From Clostridia bacterium (GTDB lineage: Bacteria > Bacillota > Clostridia > Oscillospirales > CAG-272): a stretch of 64,000 bases of DNA. Below, one piece after another: positions 56,997 through 64,000 of the stretch (the first letter of the stretch is position 1; each line of letters opens with the position of its first letter). Made by a program: the position numbers and the translations under genes. Location of the stretch: contig JAFQRL010000047.1 in NCBI GenBank assembly GCA_017410065.1, forward strand, positions 3,921 to 67,920, in the 5' to 3' direction. Below the pieces are notes generated by a model. It did not search any database. It worked only from the letters and a program-made list of their open reading frames with translations, and was not told the DNA's origin.

Positions 56997-57398
56997 TTTT
57001 GCCCCTTTCCGAAAAAAATTCTCAAAAATATGACAATTTATCCTTGAATTATACAGTATTATATCACGCACATTTGCATTTGTCAAGCGACTCATTCACA
57101 ATATAAATAATATTTGTTATTTGTTTATTAATATTTTGGCTGTTTTAAATAACTTTTGTTAGCATTTTTATATCATTTAATTATATTTAATAGTTACGCG
57201 CGCAAAAATTTGCGCGCGAGGAGTGTCACCCTTCATTATATGTTTCTGTTGACAAACGGGTGAAAAAATGATAAAATAAAATACGCGGTCCCGATCAAAA
57301 GAAGGGGCGGCGCAACCTTTACAGCTCGCCAATGCCAACCTGAATCGAATTCAATTTTAGGTTGATATTCGCTACCCACACAAAAATCGGAGAAAACA

Positions 57399-58607
57399 AT
57401 GGATTTCAAAAGCAATATAAAAATCATAGAAGGAAGGATCGGCTACGTCTTTCGCGATAAGTCTCTTTTAAAGCAGGCATTCACAAGGACGAGCTATTGC
57501 AACGAAAAAAACTACGGCGGCAAGGAGTGCTTCAGCTCAAACGAGGTGCTTGAATTCTTTGGCGACAGCGTGCTTTCCACAGCGATCGTCACCCTTCTTT
57601 TAAGGAAAAATACGAAAAGATACGAGCACGGAATTTCCACCGAGCTGACCGAGGGCGATTTCTCGAATATCCGCTCAAAGCTCAGCGATAAGCGCAACCT
57701 CTCAAAAAGTCTTGCTGCGCTTGGGCTTCAGAAATATATGCTTCTCGGCGAGGGCGACGAAAAAATGGGCATAAACGAGGAGCCCTCGGTTATGGAGGAT
57801 CTTTTTGAAAGCATCGTCGGCGCGATCTATATCGATTCGGATATGAATATTGAAACGGTTATCGGCGCGGTATCAAATATGCTCGACGTCACCGCTTATG
57901 CCGAGGGCGAGCCGGCTATGCAGAGCTATAAGAACGCCCTCCAGGAGTGGTGCGCAGATAAGAAAAACCGCCTCCCCTCCCCTGTTTACAAAACCGTCTC
58001 GGAAACAGGACCCGATCACAAAAAGACCTATGAGCGCGGAGTGTATATCGGAGATAAGCTCTGGGGTGTTGGCAAGGGTAAAAATCAGAAGCTCGCGGAT
58101 GCGGCGGCGGCAGAGGCTGCCCTCATAGCTCTTAAGGAAGCAAAGGAAAGGGAGAAGCGGGAGCAGACCGTCCGAGGCACAGTCGGCGCGGCGAAGGAGC
58201 TTCGGGATCTTGCAAGCCAAAGAAAGCTTTCCTCTCCCGAATATCACGACCTTGGCGAAGCTCCCGAATCCACCGAGACCCAAAGGGTCTATCTCGTTGA
58301 ATGTGTCTTTAACGGCGCATCAGCCATAGCAAAGGGCTATTCAAAGCAAGAGGCGCGAGACCTTGCAAGCGCAGAAATGATCGCTCATCTCGGCAAGGAG
58401 AAAAAGCAATCTGGCTCGGCAAAGGCACCCCGCAAAGTCGAAAATAAAAAGACTGCCGAAAAAGGCTGCTTCATCAAGAGTTCGGGCACAAAGCGTCAAG
58501 AGAGTAAGAAGCCCCACGTCGCAAAAATGCCGAAGGGCGCGGCGAATAGCGGAGCAAAAAATCCCTCGCCAAAGCGCAAGCCGCTCCACCACACAAAGCG
58601 GTCATAA
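57399..58607 (+). CDS. rnc: ribonuclease III with duplicated dsRBD and Lys-rich tail
   Basis: The catalytic signature is NEVLEFFGDSVL plus EDLFESIVGAIYID. dsRBD1 spans aa ~174-245 (ETGPDHKKTYERGVYIGDKLWGVGKGKNQKLADAAAAEAAL). A second dsRBD-like module spans aa ~263-332 (VYLVECVFNGASAIAKGYSKQEARDLASAEMI). A basic tail runs to aa 402. Confidence 0.85.
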   Translation: MDFKSNIKIIEGRIGYVFRDKSLLKQAFTRTSYCNEKNYGGKECFSSNEVLEFFGDSVLSTAIVTLLLRKNTKRYEHGISTELTEGDFSNIRSKLSDKRNLSKSLAALGLQKYMLLGEGDEKMGINEEPSVMEDLFESIVGAIYIDSDMNIETVIGAVSNMLDVTAYAEGEPAMQSYKNALQEWCADKKNRLPSPVYKTVSETGPDHKKTYERGVYIGDKLWGVGKGKNQKLADAAAAEAALIALKEAKEREKREQTVRGTVGAAKELRDLASQRKLSSPEYHDLGEAPESTETQRVYLVECVFNGASAIAKGYSKQEARDLASAEMIAHLGKEKKQSGSAKAPRKVENKKTAEKGCFIKSSGTKRQESKKPHVAKMPKGAANSGAKNPSPKRKPLHHTKRS

Positions 58608-58701
58608 GGGCTTTTTTGACTATATTTCTTTACATATTCCTACTATTTAAAACTATTTCAGCTCTTTTTCCAAAGCTTCATAATGTGAAGCTTTGAAAAA
58701 A

Positions 58702-58734
58702 AGATAGCCGTCCGACAGTGTCGGGCGGCTATCT
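58702..58734. terminator. bidirectional intrinsic terminator between rnc and fucO
   Basis: AGATAGCCG-T-CCGAC-agt-GTCGG-G-CGGCTATCT is flanked by an A-run at 58695-58701 and a T-run at 58735-58739. Confidence 0.8.
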
Positions 58735-58809
58735 TTTTTAGTTTTCGCAAGTAGCACCTTGCATTTGGTTTTATGAGATTTTATACTAATTAAGTGATGC
58801 CGAGCAAGA

Positions 58810-59954
58810 TCAAAGAAGCTTACGGTAAAGCTCTGCGATCTCCTCAACGCTGGTCTCTCTGGGGTTGCCGGGACGGCAAGCATCGTCGTATGCGGACTGA
58901 GCGAGGAAGGGTACGTCCTCGGGCTTAACGATATCCTTAAGATCTGCGGGGATACCAACGTCAAGAGAAAGCTGCTTAACAGCCGCAACAGCCGCCGCAC
59001 GGTACTCCTCAACGGTCATCTTGTCCGTGCCCTCAACGCCCATAGCCTCTGCGATGTGCTTATACTTCTCGCCTGTTGCGGGTGCGTTATACTCCATAAC
59101 GGTGGGAAGGATTATCGCGTTGGCAACGCCGTGAGGTGTGTCGTAGAGCGCGCCGAGAGGATGAGCCATAGAGTGAACGATACCGAGACCAACGTTGGAG
59201 AAGCCCATTCCCGCAACGTACTGACCGAGAGCCATTCCCTCTCTGCCCTCGTCCGTACCTGCAACAGCGCCTCTCAAGGACCTTGCAATAATTCTGATAG
59301 CCTCGATATGGAACATATCGGAGAGTGCCCAAGCACCGCCTGTGATGTAGCCCTCGATGGCGTGAGTGAGAGCATCCATACCTGTTGCCGCCGTGAGACC
59401 CTTGGGCATAGTTGCCATCATATCGGGGTCAACCACCGCAACGACGGGAATGTCGTGAACGTCAACGCAAACCATCTTTCTGTTCTTTTCAACGTCTGTG
59501 ATAACGTAATTTATAGTTACCTCTGCGGCTGTGCCCGCAGTGGTGGGAACCGCTATAATCGGAACGCATTTATTCTTTGTGGGAGCAACGCCCTCAAGGC
59601 TTCTCACGTCAGCGAACTCGGGGTTTGCGATAATAATACCGATAGCCTTCGCCGTATCCATAGATGAGCCGCCGCCGATAGCCACGATGCAATCAGCACC
59701 CGATGCCTTGAATGCGGCAACACCTGCCTGAACGTTCTCAATGGTGGGGTTGGGCTTGATCTCGGAGAATACCGAATATTCGATAGCCGCTCCGTCAAGC
59801 ACCGCGAGAACCTTTGCGGTAACGCCAAACTTGATAAGATCGGGGTCGGAGGCAACAAACACCTTCTTAAAGCCTCTTGCCTTTACCTCGTCGGCAACTG
59901 CGGCGATAGCACCTTGCCGTGATAGGACGTTTCGTTAAGTACAAATCTGTTCAT
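58810..59954 (-). pseudogene. fucO: lactaldehyde reductase / 1,2-propanediol oxidoreductase (FucO-type Fe-ADH) with a 1-nt frameshift at codon 15
   Basis: ORF 58810..59862 is collinear with FucO (GGGSSMDTAKAIG, PTTAGTAAEVT, HGVANAIILP). The true N-terminus MNRFVLNETSYHGK starts at the ATG at 59954 in another frame. The frames join if one C is added at ~59912-59913 (GGCAAGG-TGCT versus the expected GGCAAGGGTGCT). Confidence 0.8.
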
Positions 59955-60092
59955 TTGTTTTTTCCTTTCGGTTTTTAATTAAATCCTCCGCAGCACCTGC
60001 GGTAAATTTACAAGAATAGTATACAACAAAACAGGCTTTTTTGTCAAGGTAAATCCCGAAGATTGATAAAAAATTAACGCATTTTTCGTTTT

Positions 60093-60695
60093 TTATATAC
60101 AAAAAACTTGCGAGACCAGCTTTTTATATTCGTCGTAGCCGTATAGAAGGTTCAAGGCTTCAAGTAGCGCGTTTGCCGTCATATCGGAGGGCAGCTCGCA
60201 AAGCGAGCAAAGCGCGGCACGTCTCTCTGCCGAATTGTCTCTGCCCGAAAGACCGTCAAGATAAAGGTCGGTCTTTGTTATTTCTCTGCCTCGCGACACC
60301 GCCTCGCCACCATCTGCAAAGGGCAAAAGAAGCCTCTCCAGCACCTCTCGGCTCATCCCCTCAACTCCGAGCCTTCCCGAGCGGGACGGACGAGCCTTTC
60401 GCCCCTCCTTGCCCTCGATCTCGGGGATAAAAAGATGATGTATCTTATCCTTCGGAATTATTCCCGAAAGGAAGGCTCTGATCTGTCTGCCGCCGCCGTC
60501 AGAGTCGGTCATAACGATAACTCCGTCCTTGGCGATTCGCCTGATAAGTGCTTGCTTTTCCTTGTTGTTGAAGATGGAAAAGCCTCCCGTGGTTATAACC
60601 GTGCCCGAGATAAAGCCCGAAAGTGTTGACTTATCATATCTGCCCTCCACGACAAGAGGCAGCTTCAGCTTTATTTTCTTTTCATTGCTTTCCAT
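60093..60695 (-). CDS. Toprim-domain protein (RNase M5-like / DUF4093 family)
   Basis: Toprim acidic residues are present in LVVEGRYDKSTL and VIVMTDSDGGGRQIR. The protein is 200 aa. Confidence 0.7.
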   Translation of the reverse strand: MESNEKKIKLKLPLVVEGRYDKSTLSGFISGTVITTGGFSIFNNKEKQALIRRIAKDGVIVMTDSDGGGRQIRAFLSGIIPKDKIHHLFIPEIEGKEGRKARPSRSGRLGVEGMSREVLERLLLPFADGGEAVSRGREITKTDLYLDGLSGRDNSAERRAALCSLCELPSDMTANALLEALNLLYGYDEYKKLVSQVFCI

Positions 60696-60740
60696 AGAAA
60701 CCCCCTCTAATGCAGTGCTCCATAGAGCTGTTTGATGCCG

Positions 60741-61418
60741 TCATTTGCCGCACTTTTCGTGATGAAGGCAAAGCTCCGACAAAGGGCAAGCCTCGCACTT
60801 CGGACCTCTTGCAAGGCATATTTGCCTACCAAAGTTTACAATTCTATGGCAAAAATCGCTTCCCTCGGCAGGGTCCATAAGATCTCTTAATATCATTTCT
60901 ATCTTGGTTGGATCCTTCAGCTTTTCGGGATACATACCAAGCCTTGCGCATATTCTTATGCAATGGGTGTCGCAAACTATTGCCTCACCGCCGAATATGT
61001 CTCCTATAAGAAGATTTGCTATCTTTCTGCCAACACCGGGCAGCTTTAAAAGCTCGTCCATCTCGCTCGGTAGCCTACCGCCGAAATCGGTTATGAGCAT
61101 ACGTGAAGCGTCCTTAATATTTGCCGCCTTCATTCGGTGAAGTCCGCAAGGGCGAACAAGCTCCTCAAGCTCACCGATATCGGCGTTTGCCATAGCCTCG
61201 GGCGTTGGGTATTTTTCAAACAGAGGAAGGCTTACCTCGTTCACCCTCGCATCGGTGCATTGAGCCGAAAGCCTTCCCATAACGAGAAGCTTCCAAGGGT
61301 CGCCGCCATACTTCAGAGCACATTCGCTTTCGGGATATATCTCCTTAAGCCGCTCAATTATTTTGGCAAGTCTCTCTCGCTTTTGCGCCTTTGTCATATC
61401 AAGACTCCTCCTCGCCAC
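60741..61418 (-). CDS. nth: endonuclease III (DNA glycosylase/AP lyase)
   Basis: The HhH-GPD segment is LLKLPGVGRKIANLLIGDIFG. The Fe-S cluster loop is CLARGPKCEACPLSELC. Confidence 0.9.
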   Translation of the reverse strand: MARRSLDMTKAQKRERLAKIIERLKEIYPESECALKYGGDPWKLLVMGRLSAQCTDARVNEVSLPLFEKYPTPEAMANADIGELEELVRPCGLHRMKAANIKDASRMLITDFGGRLPSEMDELLKLPGVGRKIANLLIGDIFGGEAIVCDTHCIRICARLGMYPEKLKDPTKIEMILRDLMDPAEGSDFCHRIVNFGRQICLARGPKCEACPLSELCLHHEKCGK

Positions 61419-61974
61419 TTTTGGCTTCCCTCATAAGCCTCTCCGTCAAGGTGAGCGAAAGGCCCATTATGCTTTCAAATTCCCCATCAAAGCCAAGAAC
61501 GAATTTGCCTCCGATGCCCTGAATACCGTACGCGCCTGCCTTATCCATCGGCTCGCCTGTGGCAATATATCCGTCGATCTCCTCCTCCGTCATCTCACGG
61601 AAGGTAACGCGAGAGGTGTGCACACCGCTGAAAACTCTACCTCTATAATGGACAGCCACGCCCGTGTGCACGTTGTGGGTATTGCCCGAAAGCATTTTGA
61701 GCATCTGCATTGCATCCTCGCGATCCTTGGGCTTACCAAGCGGCTTGCCCCCAAGCTCCACAAGGGTGTCGGAGGAGATTATCATAGTGTCACGATCCTC
61801 CGTGGGGAGCACCGCCGTGCCCTTCCTCACTGCAAGAAGCTCAACGCCCTCTCTCGGATGCATACCCTCGGGCAGTGATTCATCTGCATCGGCAACCTTT
61901 ATTTCAAATTTTTCAACAAGCCTTGAAAGCAGCTCTCGCCTTCTCGGGGATTTGGATGCTAAAACTATCTTCAT
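61399..61974 (-). CDS. maf: Maf-family nucleoside-triphosphate pyrophosphatase
   Basis: MKIVLASKSPRRRELL...DTLV...GKP...KAGAYGIQG matches the family pattern. The protein is 191 aa. Confidence 0.9.
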   Translation of the reverse strand: MKIVLASKSPRRRELLSRLVEKFEIKVADADESLPEGMHPREGVELLAVRKGTAVLPTEDRDTMIISSDTLVELGGKPLGKPKDREDAMQMLKMLSGNTHNVHTGVAVHYRGRVFSGVHTSRVTFREMTEEEIDGYIATGEPMDKAGAYGIQGIGGKFVLGFDGEFESIMGLSLTLTERLMREAKSGEEES

Positions 61975-62132
61975 TTATTACTCCGTGCGCCGCGTGCGCG
62001 TATTTATTTATTCTACATTATATTCTACAACATAATTAGTTAATTTTCAAGTGGTCTCTTCATTTGTTTTTAATATTGTTGGTGATGTTACGAACCTTTT
62101 CGGCGCATTATCGCGAAAAATATGCGCAAAAA

Positions 62133-62158
62133 ATCAGGGATGCCGAAGCATCCCTGAT
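62133..62158 (-). terminator. intrinsic terminator after the solute-binding-protein gene
   Basis: A perfect 11-bp stem ATCAGGGATGC-cgaa-GCATCCCTGAT has a preceding A-run that becomes a T-run on the minus strand. Confidence 0.8.
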
Positions 62159-62211
62159 CCCTTATTGCCCTTCGGGCATTATTCGCTTGTGTTTAATTTA
62201 AGTAAATTGAA

Positions 62212-64000
62212 TTACTTAAGTCCGTTCCAAGCTTTGATAACGTTCTTAAGATCGGCGGACTTGGTGTCCTTGTGCTCTCCGTATACAGTACCCATATTGG
62301 GGATCTGGAACTTGTTGATACGAAGGATCTCGTGCCATCTTCTAAGCTCAGCGGACTGGTCGGTAGAGCCGTTGAAGTCGCCCATTACGTCCTCGTAGGT
62401 CTTATCGAATACGTTACGTACGTGGTTACGAATGTAGATAAGCATCTCTGTGTTATCGTTACCTACCTCACCGTCAAGAGACTGTGCAAGCTCCTCGGTG
62501 TAGTACATCTCAAGGATGTCGGAGGAATTCTTGGACTGGTAGTCAAGGTAAGCTGTGATCTGCTCAAAGCGGTCGGTAAGACGAGCTATGGCAATAACAC
62601 GTGCATTGTTATGTACGAAGGTCTGATATTCGTCGCCTGCCTTGTATACAGGAACGGGAACGATACCGAAGCCCTGGCCCTGTCTCATGCTCTGGTAGTC
62701 AGCATCCTCAAGAGAACCGAGAGAGATGATCGAACCGAAGAGCATCTTACCGCCAACGAAGCTTGTACGAATCGAATTATAACCATCGTTGTTTTCAACA
62801 ACACATACGCCCTGAGTCTTACCAAGAGAGAAGAGACTGTTAAGAGCATCTGCATATGCTGTGAAGTCGGGGTTGGTATCGGGATAGGTAATAAGATAGT
62901 TACCTGCGATATACTCAGCAAGGCCTCTGTCTATAATCTCACCCTTCTCGTTGAGAGTATCGTCGGAAGTATCAGCAAGGATCTGAGCCTTTCTCTCGGC
63001 AGTAAGGAGCTCCTTGTCTACGATCTGAACAGTAGAGGTGTAAAGGATACCGGAAGCGGGAAGACCTCCTCCAGCGGCGATACCAAAGCCGAGGGTATCG
63101 GTGATATCTGCGTTAGCAACACCGCCCGCAACGCTTGTGCCTGCATCGGAGTAAACTGCCTTGGAGAATTTAAGAAGAGTATCGTAGGTCCACTGATCTG
63201 CCCAAACAGCCTCATAGAAGAACTGGATATTGGTCATATCCTCACCGTATACAATATCGGTGAACTTGGGAAGCTTGGTCTTATCGATGCTATTCATAAG
63301 CTCGATGTTAACGGGAACGACGTGGAATGCACGAACAAGGTCGGTGCAGTAGTCGGAGCCAAGAACGTAGAGCTTATCGTTAGAGAGGGTAAGAGAGAGC
63401 ATATACTGATAGAAGTAACCGCCGCTCGCCTTAGAGTTGAAGTAGTCTTCGGGATCGATGGAATAGCTATAGCCATCCTTGGAGAACTCGAAGAAGTTCT
63501 TACCCATTCCGTAGGAGGATTCGGAGCCCTCTGTGTTAGAAAGAAGGTTCGCGAAGCAGCCCTTTACGGTTGCGCAAGCAAGGTCATATACGAAGTTACA
63601 GTAAATATCGATAGACTTACCTGCTGTGTAGGTGGTGGAGTTCTTAAGAATGGTATCAACGCTCGCAGACCACTCGTTGGCCTTGGTATCGGGAAGGTAA
63701 GAATAGTTGATCTTAACCTTAGCCGCCTTCTCAGCCGCGCTGTTTCTGTTACGAATGCTTACGTCGATAAGCTTGGTGGAAGCTGTGTCGCCGCCTGCGT
63801 AGTATCTTCTGGTTCCTGCTGTAAACTGCTTGGCATCAGAGGACTCGGTGAGCTGGAAGTTGATGGGGGTTTCCTTCCAGTAGGTGTCGTAGAGCCCTTG
63901 ATCAGGCGTATCGGGAACAACGCCGGGTTTATCGGGATCGACCTTATTGCCGCCGTCCGTGGAAGCATCGTCGCCGCAAGACACGAGCATACCGAGCACC
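62212..64000 (-). CDS. large extracellular solute-binding lipoprotein of an ABC (carbohydrate-type) transporter; 5' end outside window
   Basis: The ORF is open to the window edge. LGMLVSCGDD looks like the end of a lipoprotein signal and lipobox. Its size and composition are typical of family-1 sugar-binding proteins. No specific ligand can be called. Confidence 0.6.
   Translation of the reverse strand, partial: VLGMLVSCGDDASTDGGNKVDPDKPGVVPDTPDQGLYDTYWKETPINFQLTESSDAKQFTAGTRRYYAGGDTASTKLIDVSIRNRNSAAEKAAKVKINYSYLPDTKANEWSASVDTILKNSTTYTAGKSIDIYCNFVYDLACATVKGCFANLLSNTEGSESSYGMGKNFFEFSKDGYSYSIDPEDYFNSKASGGYFYQYMLSLTLSNDKLYVLGSDYCTDLVRAFHVVPVNIELMNSIDKTKLPKFTDIVYGEDMTNIQFFYEAVWADQWTYDTLLKFSKAVYSDAGTSVAGGVANADITDTLGFGIAAGGGLPASGILYTSTVQIVDKELLTAERKAQILADTSDDTLNEKGEIIDRGLAEYIAGNYLITYPDTNPDFTAYADALNSLFSLGKTQGVCVVENNDGYNSIRTSFVGGKMLFGSIISLGSLEDADYQSMRQGQGFGIVPVPVYKAGDEYQTFVHNNARVIAIARLTDRFEQITAYLDYQSKNSSDILEMYYTEELAQSLDGEVGNDNTEMLIYIRNHVRNVFDKTYEDVMGDFNGSTDQSAELRRWHEILRINKFQIPNMGTVYGEHKDTKSADLKNVIKAWNGLK

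Overview
The window looks like a Firmicutes (Clostridia-like) chromosome, with GC-rich codon usage and mostly housekeeping genes. Recognisable core genes include the rimP-nusA-ylxR-ylxQ-infB operon, addB, a carD-like gene, eda, coaW, rnc, nth, maf, a GH37 trehalase and a frameshifted fucO. There are also cell-surface genes (an MBOAT cluster and BspA-type LRR lipoproteins) and a tRNA-Met/tRNA-Glu operon. The main accessory feature is a ~16.8 kb integrative mobilizable element at about 35.94-52.74 kb. It carries a large serine recombinase, ParB-like protein, relaxase, MobC, Xis-like HTH, a DUF6809-like gene and TnpV. It has inserted into the terminator hairpin directly after tRNA-Glu, and attL and attR can be reconstructed from the sequence. 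Its visibly AT-richer cargo (41.9-51.8 kb) is a tightly coupled operon of three large genes. These encode a 941-aa protein with no recognisable motifs, a 1707-aa DEAH helicase with a DUF1998/MrfA-type Zn module, and a 569-aa NERD + SF1-helicase protein. This is my best candidate for a novel or poorly described defence system: Druantia type III-like, with an extra Nhi-like gene. Other points worth a second look:
- a degenerate array of tRNA-Glu-derived repeats beside attR;
- a 1985-aa tail-anchored coiled-coil repeat protein in an operon with a MutS-like ATPase;
- a promoter-to-terminator structured sRNA candidate divergent from rimP;
- an RNase III with two dsRBDs;
- an addB with no adjacent addA.
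Coordinates of non-ORF features were indexed by hand and may be off by 1-2 nt.
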